From sequence record MT446421.1: a DNA stretch of 64,000 nt. One strand, given 5' to 3'. Positions within the stretch are counted from its first letter, which is position 1. Every line of letters starts with the position of its first letter. Positions 1 to 9,690 of this stretch are shown one piece after another. Made by a program: the position numbers and the translations under genes. Under the pieces are notes generated by a model that ran no database searches, was not told the origin of the DNA, and saw nothing but the letters and a program-made list of their open reading frames with translations. The stretch is from Escherichia virus TH55.

Positions 1-115
1 TTTGTTAAGGACTGAATAGAATGTATAAGGAAGGTTTAAGGAGCCCAGAAGGCTCCTGACGTGCATACAACCAGGGCATCGACCGACTTCTTCGGGGATA
101 CCATAGATTTCAATC

Positions 116-415
116 TTAGTCGAGTTTTGGCCCACAGGAAATCACTCCTTGGTAGTTCCAGGTTTTAATAACTTCTTCATCGCTGGCGGTTGCATACGGG
201 ACATAAACCTGAATAAGGAAACCTGTGTCATCGAAAGAGAAATAAACCGTCGGTTTGATTCCATGAATCTCAGATAGAGCATAGATATCTTTAAGGTCTT
301 CTTCTTTATCAGCAAAGAATTTCGGGTCCAAGTCACAGTCATGGAAGTACCATTCATCACCGAACTTGTCCCATGCGGTCCAATTAGTAGCTACATATTC
401 TTCGAAACGTTTCAT
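116..415 (-). CDS. hypothetical protein (99 aa)
   Basis: Minus-strand ORF in early gene block; 4-nt overlap with next ORF (412-651) suggests translational coupling; no recognisable motif. Confidence 0.5.
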   Translation of the reverse strand: MKRFEEYVATNWTAWDKFGDEWYFHDCDLDPKFFADKEEDLKDIYALSEIHGIKPTVYFSFDDTGFLIQVYVPYATASDEEVIKTWNYQGVISCGPKLD

Positions 416-651
416 TCTTTCACCTTCATCATTTTAGCAATAACACTATGGACAGCCTGGATTCGTTTGTCGAACTCAGACCCTTCAAGGCCCTTTTCAG
501 TACTCAGGGCACCAATCATCACAAACAGCAATCCAAATGGGATAACCAGGATTAAAAGGCACACAATAAACAGGACAAATGTAATATTGGCCAGGATATC
601 AGAAACAGCATTACGAAATTTATTCATATTTACCCTTAATTGATTAACCAA
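412..651 (-). CDS. small membrane protein (79 aa)
   Basis: ORF with long hydrophobic stretch (ITFVLFIVCLLILVIPFGLLFVMIGAL); co-oriented with flanking genes. Confidence 0.45.
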   Translation of the reverse strand: MVNQLRVNMNKFRNAVSDILANITFVLFIVCLLILVIPFGLLFVMIGALSTEKGLEGSEFDKRIQAVHSVIAKMMKVKE

Positions 652-741
652 GCATTGATAAGCACTAAACTATACTGCGAATAAAATTCTGGACCAAAAT
701 GAAAAATCATATCATTTATAGTATCCATAATATAATTAAAT

Positions 742-1212
742 TTAATCATGTTTCCACACCCCATCGGTATTTGACCAAAGTCGCTGATTATCTGACCCTC
801 GCCACAGTTTTTTGGTCGGAAGATTTTTCTCATACTTCCCATCAATAATAACATCAACATATTTAAGCATTTCTAGTTGTTTAATATCTTCAAACTTATA
901 TCCTGTCCACATCCAAATGCTTTTATTTGGATAAAGATTTTTAACAGTTTGAACCACAGAGTGAATAACATCTCGGTTATCAGGATAGAGAGGGTCTCCT
1001 CCAGTTATAGTTAATCCTTCTATATAATCATTATTCAAACATTCAATTAATTGTTCTAGTGTTTCACCAGTGAATGGAACCCCATTTCTAGCATTCCATG
1101 TTGATTTATTATAACACCCTTCACATTTATGCAAACAACCTGTAACGAAAAGAACGACCCTGCATCCAGGGCCATTCACAAAATCACAAGGATAAAATCT
1201 ATCATAATTCAT
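742..1212 (-). CDS. nrdG: anaerobic ribonucleotide reductase activating protein (radical SAM)
   Basis: 156 aa; radical-SAM Cys cluster CLHKCEGC; same length and position (immediately downstream of nrdD) as T4 NrdG; ATGA overlap with nrdD. Confidence 0.9.
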   Translation of the reverse strand: MNYDRFYPCDFVNGPGCRVVLFVTGCLHKCEGCYNKSTWNARNGVPFTGETLEQLIECLNNDYIEGLTITGGDPLYPDNRDVIHSVVQTVKNLYPNKSIWMWTGYKFEDIKQLEMLKYVDVIIDGKYEKNLPTKKLWRGSDNQRLWSNTDGVWKHD

Positions 1213-3026
1213 TGGTGTTTAACCCTATGCATGATTTCTTTATTTTTGCCGAGATTAAATCCACGTTCGTTCGGATTTCCCAAATAACCGCAAGTTCTTC
1301 TTATTGTGTTCATCTTTTTAGGGTCAGTTTCTCCACAAATAGAACAAACAAATCCGTTTTCAGTAGGAGTCATTTCATGGGTACTTCCACACGTAAAACA
1401 TTTATCTACTGGCATATTAACACCAAAATAATCTAAATGTTGCGCGGCATAATCCCATACAGCCTCAAGACCTTTTAAGTTATTTTTCATATCAGGAAGT
1501 TCAACATAAGAAATGTGACCACCTGTCGCAATGAAATGATATGGGGCTTCGCGAGAAATCTTTTCAAACGGAGTAATATTTTCTTCTACTGAAACGTGGA
1601 AACTGTTAGTGTACCATCCTTTATCGGTAACATCTTTTACACTTCCATATTTTTCAGTATCAAGTTTACAGAAGCGATAACAAAGGTTTTCAGCAGGTGT
1701 AGAATACAAACTAAAAGCAAAACCGGTTCTTTCAGTCCACTGCTTAAGACGAGCATTCATTTTAGTTAAAATTTCTTGCCCAATATCACGACCGGCAAGA
1801 ATATTCAATTCGTGAATACCAATGTATCCCAAAGACACTGAACTTCTACCGTTTTTAAATAACTCAATTATATCATCATCAGGTTTAAGACGAACCCCGA
1901 ATGCACCTTCTTGGTAAAGAATAGGAGCAACAGTCGCTTTAACTCCTTTTAAAGAACTAATTCTACACATCAAAGCTTCAAAACACAAATCCATTCGCTC
2001 ATTGAACAATTCGATAAATTTCTGTTCATTGAACTGTGTTCCAATATAAGAATCTAACGCAATGCGAGGAAGATTCAGTGTTACAACACCAAGATTATTA
2101 CGTCCATCAAGAATTTCATTACCAGTCGAATCTTTCCATACGCCCAAGAAACTACGGCAACCCATTGGAGAAACAGGAATAGATGAACCAGTGATAGCTT
2201 TATTGTTCTTAGCTGAAATAATATCAGGATACATTCTTTTGCTTGCACACTCTAGAGCAAGCTGCTTAATATCATAGTTCGGGTCGTCTTTATAAAGATT
2301 AACACCTTCTTCAACGAACATAACAAGTTTAGGGAAAATAGGAGTTATCCCATCGCGACCAAGACCTTTGATACGATTTTTCAGAATTGCTTTCTGAATC
2401 ATTCGTTCAGTCCAGTCAGTTCCCGTGCCAAACGTAATTGTCACAAAAGGCGTTTGCCCATTTGAACTAAAGAGCGTATTTACTTCATATTCATAAGCTT
2501 GGAATGCATCGTATACGTCTTTTTCTGTTTTAGATTGGGCATAATTCAATGCATCAGTGATTTGCCATTTTTCTGCATCTTCAATATGTTTTGCGTATGT
2601 ACGTTTAACATAAGGAGAAAATACTTTGTCTACATTAGCAAAAGTCGTTCCGCCATATTGGTGAGAAGCAACCTGTGCAGTAATTTGTGCCATAATTGCA
2701 GTAGCAACACCGATTGATTTAGGAGTTTCAATCTGTGCATTACCAAGCTTAAATCCGTTCTCAAGCATTCCTTTTAAATCTACTAAACAGCAATTAGTAA
2801 ATGGAAGAGCAGGGGAATAATCAATATCATGGAAATGAATAATTCCACTTTCATGTGCTTTCATAATAAAAGACGCGACCATATTTTTGGCAATGTGTTT
2901 AGATACAATACCAGCCATAAGGTCCCGTTGAGTTGGAAAAACACGAGAATCTTTATTAGCATTCTCGTTTAAAAGGTCTTTATTAGTTTTATGAATCAAT
3001 CCTTCAATTTCGTTTTCAATTGTCAT
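1209..3026 (-). CDS. nrdD: anaerobic ribonucleoside-triphosphate reductase large subunit
   Basis: 605 aa; C-terminal glycyl-radical motif RTCGYLG and zinc ribbon CFTCG...CSICG; length equals T4 NrdD; ORF uninterrupted. Confidence 0.93.
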   Translation of the reverse strand: MTIENEIEGLIHKTNKDLLNENANKDSRVFPTQRDLMAGIVSKHIAKNMVASFIMKAHESGIIHFHDIDYSPALPFTNCCLVDLKGMLENGFKLGNAQIETPKSIGVATAIMAQITAQVASHQYGGTTFANVDKVFSPYVKRTYAKHIEDAEKWQITDALNYAQSKTEKDVYDAFQAYEYEVNTLFSSNGQTPFVTITFGTGTDWTERMIQKAILKNRIKGLGRDGITPIFPKLVMFVEEGVNLYKDDPNYDIKQLALECASKRMYPDIISAKNNKAITGSSIPVSPMGCRSFLGVWKDSTGNEILDGRNNLGVVTLNLPRIALDSYIGTQFNEQKFIELFNERMDLCFEALMCRISSLKGVKATVAPILYQEGAFGVRLKPDDDIIELFKNGRSSVSLGYIGIHELNILAGRDIGQEILTKMNARLKQWTERTGFAFSLYSTPAENLCYRFCKLDTEKYGSVKDVTDKGWYTNSFHVSVEENITPFEKISREAPYHFIATGGHISYVELPDMKNNLKGLEAVWDYAAQHLDYFGVNMPVDKCFTCGSTHEMTPTENGFVCSICGETDPKKMNTIRRTCGYLGNPNERGFNLGKNKEIMHRVKHQ

Positions 3027-3496
3027 TTTAAACTCTTTCTAAGCTGCTTCTTAAATGAAGCCATTAATTGTGTTTTGGTGTCAGATTCATTATAAGTCAT
3101 ACCATTCAAAAGCATTTCCCGAATCATTTCTTCTTTCCCCAGACGACCGAACTCTTTGGCTTTGTCTGTTACAAAATTGGGGTGAATATTGTTTTCGGTA
3201 TAATCAGATTTCAGATAGACAAGCAAACTCTCTAACCATTCCAGGTAGTCAACATCGCGACTTTTCAGACCCGAACGGCTGAACTTATGCTTCATTTGTC
3301 CTTCTGTCCCATTGCACAGATTGCATAGTAACCCGCGAACCTTACCAGCTTTTGGCCCGTTCAATTCGTGGTCATGGTCAAGATGGTTGGCCTGAACATC
3401 GGAGTCCAAATCACGGTGGCAAATTGGACACTTACCAGCTTGTGCATCATAAAGTTTTTGTTTTTCTTCTTTGTATAATTTGCCAGTCAACAACAT
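3023..3496 (-). CDS. 49: endonuclease VII (Holliday junction resolvase)
   Basis: 157 aa; near-identical to remembered T4 gp49 (MLLTGKLYKEEKQKLYDAQ...CNLCN...); zinc-binding CxxC/H-N-H core; adjacent to nrdD as in T4. Confidence 0.93.
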   Translation of the reverse strand: MLLTGKLYKEEKQKLYDAQAGKCPICHRDLDSDVQANHLDHDHELNGPKAGKVRGLLCNLCNGTEGQMKHKFSRSGLKSRDVDYLEWLESLLVYLKSDYTENNIHPNFVTDKAKEFGRLGKEEMIREMLLNGMTYNESDTKTQLMASFKKQLRKSLK

Positions 3497-3704
3497 AATA
3501 AACCCTTACCATTATTAGATAAGGGTATTTATTAAATCTTATAAAACGCGCGGTGTAACCGTTTAAATTGACGAATCATCTTTTTAGTAGGACGAGTATA
3601 CAATCCTACACAGGTGGCCATAAACTGGTCGGTAGGACTTCCTTTAATAAGAAGTTTCCAGACCTTGACACCATTTAACTTTTCGGTATAGACTAATGCA
3701 GTTT

Positions 3705-4007
3705 TCATGCGACCTCAAATTCATTATCATCGTTAGTCCAAAAACACCAGAATGAAGCTTTAGTATCTTCAAACATTTCTTTAGTGTATTCGTATACCTT
3801 ACCATTGAATTCGATAGCAGTTACGCCAATGATTTCAGGATTGCCCCATGGAGAAATCTCCACCTTCAAGATTTTAACTTCAGCACCTTCACAGAGCTCG
3901 CCTGACTCAAAACCGCGATTGCCGTTTAATTCAGGCCAGTCAACATAATGGTCAACATCTTCTTCAGTAATACGAACAGTTTTACCTTCAAATTCAAATA
4001 AATTCAT
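3705..4007 (-). CDS. hypothetical protein (100 aa)
   Basis: Minus-strand ORF in 49-nrdC interval (region of pin/49.x small genes in T4); no motif recognised. Confidence 0.5.
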   Translation of the reverse strand: MNLFEFEGKTVRITEEDVDHYVDWPELNGNRGFESGELCEGAEVKILKVEISPWGNPEIIGVTAIEFNGKVYEYTKEMFEDTKASFWCFWTNDDNEFEVA

Positions 4008-4297
4008 CAGAAGGCCTCATCAGCAAAGCGAAGTTGAGCTTCAAGCCAATGGATATAATCCGCCGCGGCAAAAATTAAAGCAGATTCTTCATCAGGTAAC
4101 TTACGGGAATCCGACAGTTCATAAAGTGATTTTTCAATCAGGCGGCCTTTATGACGGCCAATTTCAATTTTGGTACTCATATCCAAACTCCATATCGATT
4201 AAATCATTGTTTGAAGGTTCATTATAATCTATTTCGGAATCGTTGTAAACAGGTTCCTCTGGCTCGACGGTTTCCCATCGAGCGGTATACCATGGTT

Positions 4298-4618
4298 TTA
4301 TAGCGTAATCCATTCTCTGATAGTTTGGGTTACGACACGTTCTTGGAGCTTAACCAGTTCAACAGTCGGGACCATATGGTCCCAGTCGGTATGATAAGAA
4401 CCGGTACGAGTTTCGTTTACAGCCACATGCACATTATGTTTTTTGCTGAAATAAATTGCCTGGCGATATTGGTATTTGCCGGTTTGTGTCCATTCGCCTA
4501 ATTCAACCGGAACCAGGTAGTCCGAAAATTCAAACTCGTATGATTCAGTAAACGCATCATGGTCTTCAATGATTTCGCTTAAAACAGCATCAACATCTAA
4601 TTCATTTTCAATAGTCAT
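4298..4618 (-). CDS. hypothetical protein (106 aa)
   Basis: Minus-strand ORF; ATGA-type overlap with upstream ORF 4615-4923. Confidence 0.5.
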   Translation of the reverse strand: MTIENELDVDAVLSEIIEDHDAFTESYEFEFSDYLVPVELGEWTQTGKYQYRQAIYFSKKHNVHVAVNETRTGSYHTDWDHMVPTVELVKLQERVVTQTIREWITL

Positions 4619-4923
4619 TGGTCACTCCAATAGCTTGATACTTCAAAATCAGGCTCGCCGTCGTCCCAGTACCAGGGACCCACCGGATGCCAATCGCCAT
4701 GCTTATCTTCTTCATATTCTATAGATTCAAGCCCAACGTATTGCCATTGGACTTCATAAGCAGTGCCACCAATTACAACAGTGTTCTCACCATACGGGTT
4801 AGCCACAGCAAAGTCAATACCTTCTTCCTTTGCCAGGGCGACCATGTATTCGTATAGTTTATATTCCAGGTCGTCTTCGTTGCCATCGCCCAGATAAATT
4901 GTTTGTCCGTCTAATTCACTCAT
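4615..4923 (-). CDS. hypothetical acidic protein (102 aa)
   Basis: Minus-strand ORF; acidic, Trp/Tyr-rich. Confidence 0.5.
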   Translation of the reverse strand: MSELDGQTIYLGDGNEDDLEYKLYEYMVALAKEEGIDFAVANPYGENTVVIGGTAYEVQWQYVGLESIEYEEDKHGDWHPVGPWYWDDGEPDFEVSSYWSDQ

Positions 4924-5096
4924 AATTCCACCATAAATTCAAATAACTGGTCGCGTACACAAGTATCAGTCCAACCCCATTCGTTGGCTTCTTCTTTTAA
5001 CCAATCCGGGAGATTTGCCAATACGGTTTCTTTACTAGGCGCAGGAGTATCAAACTCTCTTGCGCAGGTTTTATAAGCCATATCAAATTCGGTCAT
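4920..5096 (-). CDS. hypothetical small protein (58 aa, below ORF-track cutoff)
   Basis: Hand-translated: MTEFDMAYKTCAREFDTP...; start and stop both overlap neighbours (AAATGA / TTATGA coupling). Confidence 0.35.
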   Translation of the reverse strand: MTEFDMAYKTCAREFDTPAPSKETVLANLPDWLKEEANEWGWTDTCVRDQLFEFMVEL

Positions 5097-5260
5097 TTAA
5101 AGTTCCAGAATGAAGCACCAACCAGAAATAAAGGCCAACAAATCATAGACGTCAGCCACCAGCAAAAGTCACCTGCACCGAAATCATCTAATTTAGCTAG
5201 GGTCTTAGCATAACCAATACCGATGATAAGATACAAAACACCCAACGATAATTCAATCAT
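5093..5260 (-). CDS. hypothetical small membrane protein (55 aa, below ORF-track cutoff)
   Basis: Hand-translated: MIELSLGVLYLIIGIGYAK...; hydrophobic; start overlaps nrdC stop. Confidence 0.35.
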   Translation of the reverse strand: MIELSLGVLYLIIGIGYAKTLAKLDDFGAGDFCWWLTSMICWPLFLVGASFWNFK

Positions 5261-5520
5261 TTAAAATATTCTCGCAGTTGGTCAAAGCCGCCAATATGAC
5301 TTCCGTCAGGAGCAAATACTTGCGGCATGGTCAAACCAATTTGAGATTCGCGACCAAGTGCAGCCAGGAGTTGGGCAATCTTCTCATCATCAAACACACC
5401 TTTTTCTGGCATAACGTTGATGAACTCGTAAGGTTGTTTTTTAACATCCAAAAAACGTTTTGCATTATCGCAGAATACACAGCGATGAATAGATGAATCA
5501 TAACCATATACTTTAAACAT
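5257..5520 (-). CDS. nrdC: glutaredoxin/thioredoxin
   Basis: 87 aa; active site CVFCDNAK; near-identical to remembered T4 NrdC (MFKVYGYDS...GGFDQLREYFK). Confidence 0.9.
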   Translation of the reverse strand: MFKVYGYDSSIHRCVFCDNAKRFLDVKKQPYEFINVMPEKGVFDDEKIAQLLAALGRESQIGLTMPQVFAPDGSHIGGFDQLREYFK

Positions 5521-5521
5521 A

Positions 5522-5779
5522 TTATTCCTTAATTCCTAATACTTGTTTGAAGGTCTCAGTATAATCGGGGTATTGACCGGTTTGTTCTTTATGTTTGACC
5601 ATAATACCATAAACTTCTGAACGCATATTATTATATGAACGAGTTAAAGCAGATTTCAATACTGAATAACTATCCGGAAGTTTACCGTGTTCTTTATAAT
5701 AGGCCAGAGTTAATTCACGGACCGCCTTATCAGCAGTCTCAAGATATTCTTTACGCTTTGCCATTTTCGTCTCGCTCAA
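5522..5779 (-). CDS. hypothetical protein (85 aa or shorter)
   Basis: Minus-strand ORF immediately upstream of nrdC; start ambiguous (M1 or M6). Confidence 0.45.
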   Translation of the reverse strand: MSETKMAKRKEYLETADKAVRELTLAYYKEHGKLPDSYSVLKSALTRSYNNMRSEVYGIMVKHKEQTGQYPDYTETFKQVLGIKE

Positions 5780-6044
5780 ATTTGTGTTTACAATGTCTGC
5801 ATTTGTAACGAAGAGTACTAGTCTGCCAATGGACTAACTGGACCTGTTCAGTTCCACATTCTGGACAGTTAGGAACGCTCTTAGAAGCACGTTCACGGCG
5901 GCGAACCATAGCCATTACCATATCCCAATCGGGAACCTGACTATAATCATCAGTCCAGTTTATAAGACCTTTATTAAACCCCGCTGCGGGGGTCCATTCT
6001 GGAAATGCAGTTTCTGCAATATCTTCAGCTAAACGTTGTTTCAT
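5751..6044 (-). CDS. zinc-ribbon protein (97 aa)
   Basis: CPECG...(17)...CRHCKHKF four-Cys zinc ribbon. Confidence 0.5.
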   Translation of the reverse strand: MKQRLAEDIAETAFPEWTPAAGFNKGLINWTDDYSQVPDWDMVMAMVRRRERASKSVPNCPECGTEQVQLVHWQTSTLRYKCRHCKHKFERDENGKA

Positions 6045-7030
6045 TTCAGTAGCTCCAGAGCCTGTTCCAGTTTATCCAGACGATTAGTTGATTCTTCCCA
6101 AAGTCGCTTGGCTTTGGTATAGTCTTCAGTTGCCTTTTTATTAACAGCAAGAGCTTTATTATACGCCATTTCCAGAGCAACAATTTCAGGCGCTTTTTGT
6201 TCCACTGGCTCATTATTCAGATTATCAATCAGGTCTTCAAGGGTGGTTTCTTGCGGAGCATTCATAATTTCCTCACTTTTCTTTTTATAAATTTCTGCAT
6301 CAGTTGGTTGTTTTGCGCATTTAACTTCGCGTAATGTCACCACAATTTTCCAACCTTTCCAACCATGAGTACTGGTGATAGGGTCTACTTTAATTTTTTC
6401 AACAGTGCGCATATAGTTAAGGGCGCACTGCATCTGTGAAGTAAGCGTGCTCGCGGCATCAAGATACTTTTTGACATTTTCTGGAGTAGCTACCGGCGTA
6501 AAGAATTCATACTTAACTGTAATAATTACCTGGTTTTCACCAGACTCTTTAACATTTATCATGTGCTCAGCCAAATGGGAGATAGTGCGATAATCGCTAC
6601 CCATCAATTTTGTCGCTGATTTGATGATAGACATTTTGTTATCTCTGAATTCACGAGCCCAGCAATTTGCGAATTCAGAAACAGTATAGCCTTGTTTATC
6701 AAGGTAGTATTTTTCAACATCACCAAACCAATGATATCCAATTGTACCTTTACCATGTCTGGATTCAACGCCAAACTTATTAAGAAGGTCTTTATTAACC
6801 AGGTATGCCAGGACTCGGGAACCTTTAAAAGTTTTCTTGATATCATCTTTACCGGCACGGCTCGCAATAGTCGCAATGTCTTTCTTGAAGCGCCCGGATG
6901 CAACAATCGTCGAGTCAATCTGATTTAACCAGTAATTGATAATTAAAAGGATAGCCGATTCACCTATTAATGGTTTTACTTTTGCATCGATAGTGGTGTT
7001 AAAGGCCTGGATATATTCGTTACGTGTCAT
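6041..7030 (-). CDS. hypothetical protein (329 aa) with C-terminal coiled coil
   Basis: Long minus-strand ORF, ATGA overlap with downstream gene; C-terminal heptad-like tail (...[13 protein letters not shown]). Confidence 0.55.
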   Translation of the reverse strand: MTRNEYIQAFNTTIDAKVKPLIGESAILLIINYWLNQIDSTIVASGRFKKDIATIASRAGKDDIKKTFKGSRVLAYLVNKDLLNKFGVESRHGKGTIGYHWFGDVEKYYLDKQGYTVSEFANCWAREFRDNKMSIIKSATKLMGSDYRTISHLAEHMINVKESGENQVIITVKYEFFTPVATPENVKKYLDAASTLTSQMQCALNYMRTVEKIKVDPITSTHGWKGWKIVVTLREVKCAKQPTDAEIYKKKSEEIMNAPQETTLEDLIDNLNNEPVEQKAPEIVALEMAYNKALAVNKKATEDYTKAKRLWEESTNRLDKLEQALELLK

Positions 7031-7088
7031 AGTGTTCTCCTCATAAAGTAGGAATTCATTATACTCCCTCCATCCTTGGAAGTAAACA

Positions 7089-7970
7089 TTATTTTAATGC
7101 TAAAATCGCCGCCTGCAATTTATTGCGTTGTGTTTCCATATTCTTGATGCGATTCAGAACATCCTGAATACCCTTTTTCTCATCTTCAATCAGACCGTTT
7201 AAGCGGTTGACTGATTCCTGGATAGCATCAGCATGATAGCTCTCAATAGGCTTCATTGGTGGGTTAAAGATTTCAAGAGAGCTGTTTGGCTGGATTTTCC
7301 ATTGATACATATTTTTAACTTCCAGTGGTGAAATTTTAGCCTGGTCGTAAGATTTAAACTGACCTGTAACTGCTGGGTTATATGTCGCAGTAGGGATATG
7401 TTCTGCCATTTCTGGTTCCTTTTTCTCTTGATAAGGTGCATAAGACAAAAGATATTCTTTAGTTAATTTAATATCAATGACTATAGTTTTAAGGAATTTT
7501 TCCGTTTGGTGGATATAATTTGTATCTTCTTCAAACGTGTATGCTTCAACAGCATGGCGCATATAAAACAGCGCGATACCCATAACCTCTTTAAAGGTAT
7601 CACAAAGAGCAACGTCGCCCTTGGTGGTTGGTTTGAACTTAATCTGTATACCATCATTCTTGATATTGATAATCAAGTTGTCAGAGTTAAAATTATAGTT
7701 CTTGATGTTAACCGGAGCCTTGCGAATACGAAGCCCGCCAGCCAGGATTTCCTTAATGCTCTTACGAACTGTGGCACCAAACAAAAACGCAGGGCGGCGG
7801 CAGTAATCATTCAGAGAGTTAATTCTTACAATACGTTGCCCATACCCCTGGGTGGCAGAACCTGATTTGATTTTACCAAAGTTAACCAGAGAATTCATCG
7901 CGATAAGACGGGTTGCACGACCTTCACGCTGTTCAAATCGAGAATATTCTTTACGTGTTTTAATGTTCAT
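7089..7970 (-). CDS. hypothetical protein (about 293 aa)
   Basis: ORF 7089-8021 trimmed to M18 (MNIKTRKEY) to avoid 50-nt overlap with upstream gene; C-terminal coiled-coil tail. Confidence 0.45.
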   Translation of the reverse strand: MNIKTRKEYSRFEQREGRATRLIAMNSLVNFGKIKSGSATQGYGQRIVRINSLNDYCRRPAFLFGATVRKSIKEILAGGLRIRKAPVNIKNYNFNSDNLIINIKNDGIQIKFKPTTKGDVALCDTFKEVMGIALFYMRHAVEAYTFEEDTNYIHQTEKFLKTIVIDIKLTKEYLLSYAPYQEKKEPEMAEHIPTATYNPAVTGQFKSYDQAKISPLEVKNMYQWKIQPNSSLEIFNPPMKPIESYHADAIQESVNRLNGLIEDEKKGIQDVLNRIKNMETQRNKLQAAILALK

Positions 7971-7971
7971 A

Positions 7972-8187
7972 TCATAATCCAAATAATTTTTTATAGAGTT
8001 TAGCAAAAGGCCAGGCCACACACATTATAACAGCGACTACCCAGAATATAGGCCAGCAAAATGTTGTGAACACCGCATCATACTCGTCCCCACTTTCGTA
8101 GGGACTATCAAACTTGTGAAGTAACAGGGTAGTAATAAAACCTATCACAAGATAACCAAAAATAATGCTGATAATCAAAATAGTCAT
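7972..8187 (-). CDS. small membrane protein (about 71 aa)
   Basis: Two hydrophobic segments; start placed at M8 to avoid overlap with 8189-9034. Confidence 0.4.
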   Translation of the reverse strand: MTILIISIIFGYLVIGFITTLLLHKFDSPYESGDEYDAVFTTFCWPIFWVVAVIMCVAWPFAKLYKKLFGL

Positions 8188-8188
8188 A

Positions 8189-9034
8189 TTAATCCTTAAG
8201 CAATTCAATAACGTTCATCAGTTTCTGACGTTCGGCTTTCGCCGCGTTATTCAGTCCCGACAGACGGAAAATTTCATCATCTTGCTGCTGGATGGTGATG
8301 TTAAGCTCTTCAATCTGTTTAGTGAAAAGCTCAATTTGCTCTGAATATTTTTCATTGCTTCGCACTGGAACAGGTTCCATTTTAGGAGCTTGTTCTGAAG
8401 GGCTGACTTCAAATTGGTCTTTAATTTGACATAGTTTAATACGCTGGACGCCTCCAGTTTTAACATCATAAAAGGTAAGAACACCATGGCATTCCAGTAC
8501 AGACAATGCCAAACGAAGATGGAATTTCCAATTATCATATTGACATCCACTAAAAGAAGAAATACTGTATTCACCTTCTTTTTGACCTTTAATAACATTA
8601 AATAGTTTATAATCTAAAGAATTATTGGTTTTAAAGGTCATTTGTTTATCTTGACCGCTTGCTAAACGAGCGCCTAATGCCAATAAACGGCGCTGGTTTT
8701 TCCAAAGGTCTTTAACCACTTCATCAAACGTCATGGTGCTAATCGCACGACCATAAAGGTCATAGCCTTTGTTATAATTTTTAAGTAGAATTTTGGCATT
8801 AGCACGAGACAACATACCTGAACGATGAAGAGATTTCATGACTCGGTCTTCTAATGTAAGAAGACCAGTGGTCTTTTCAAAGATTTTAGTGAATTCAGCG
8901 GAATTAGTACAAACATTGAACTTATTCCACATCATATATAGAACATTTAAAACCACATCTTTAGTGCTTGGAATACTGTTAAATTTAACAACTTTTTTAA
9001 CTTCAGAACGAATTTCATTAATTGCTTGTGACAT
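8189..9034 (-). CDS. hypothetical protein (281 aa)
   Basis: Long minus-strand ORF; C-terminal coiled-coil tail (...ERQKLMNVIELLKD). Confidence 0.55.
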   Translation of the reverse strand: MSQAINEIRSEVKKVVKFNSIPSTKDVVLNVLYMMWNKFNVCTNSAEFTKIFEKTTGLLTLEDRVMKSLHRSGMLSRANAKILLKNYNKGYDLYGRAISTMTFDEVVKDLWKNQRRLLALGARLASGQDKQMTFKTNNSLDYKLFNVIKGQKEGEYSISSFSGCQYDNWKFHLRLALSVLECHGVLTFYDVKTGGVQRIKLCQIKDQFEVSPSEQAPKMEPVPVRSNEKYSEQIELFTKQIEELNITIQQQDDEIFRLSGLNNAAKAERQKLMNVIELLKD

Positions 9035-9097
9035 AATAATTTCCTCAATAGATTAATCAAAGGTCAGAACCATTATACCATCCTTGGTATAAAGCGT

Positions 9098-9622
9098 TTA
9101 TGCGAGAACCGTCTTTAAACGCTCTTCAAACTTCTGAAGGAGTACCTGGCGCTCTGCTCTTTGTTTGGTATAGGTTTCAATACGCTCTGAAGTGAGATTG
9201 TATTGTTCATTAACTGATTCCCTCATGAATTCAGGAATCTCTTTACATGCTTTGATTTCATTGAACTTATCAAGCACCGCTTGTTGTTCAGCAATCAGAC
9301 CATCATAATATTGGATATCTGATTTGATGTTTTGTACATCAGATTCAGTAGGCATATTTTTCTTCGCTCTTGTCGCCTGATACTCAGCATTAGTCTCTCT
9401 TGACCAGAACAGGGAGCGGTTTTTATTGGTGTTTTTATACACATCAACAATACCAACTGAATCAACAGTCACAATCCAGTTCCAGGCGTTTTTATAAGTT
9501 TGACCACCTGATACTGTAATCTCACCCGCACAAGCAACATCATTAAAGAACTTGCTTTGTGCTTCTGATTTAAAATTACCATTATTGTAATTAATCAGAT
9601 TAAAGATTGATTTAGCTTCCAT
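9098..9622 (-). CDS. hypothetical protein (174 aa)
   Basis: ORF preceded by early promoter (9659-9687) and GGAG Shine-Dalgarno. Confidence 0.55.
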   Translation of the reverse strand: MEAKSIFNLINYNNGNFKSEAQSKFFNDVACAGEITVSGGQTYKNAWNWIVTVDSVGIVDVYKNTNKNRSLFWSRETNAEYQATRAKKNMPTESDVQNIKSDIQYYDGLIAEQQAVLDKFNEIKACKEIPEFMRESVNEQYNLTSERIETYTKQRAERQVLLQKFEERLKTVLA

Positions 9623-9658
9623 TTTATTCTCCAGTATTTGGTAACTCAGTATGGGAAC

Positions 9659-9687
9659 ATTATACGTCTATCCCCATACCATGTACA
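9659..9687 (-). promoter_or_regulatory. T4-type early promoter
   Basis: Minus strand: -35 TGTACA, 17-nt spacer, -10 TATAAT; upstream of gene 9098-9622. Confidence 0.6.
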
Positions 9688-9690
9688 CAT

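Noticed and set aside
636-860. Minus-strand ORF 636-860 (74 aa)
   Set aside because: Overlaps the 3-prime end of nrdG in another frame; likely spurious.
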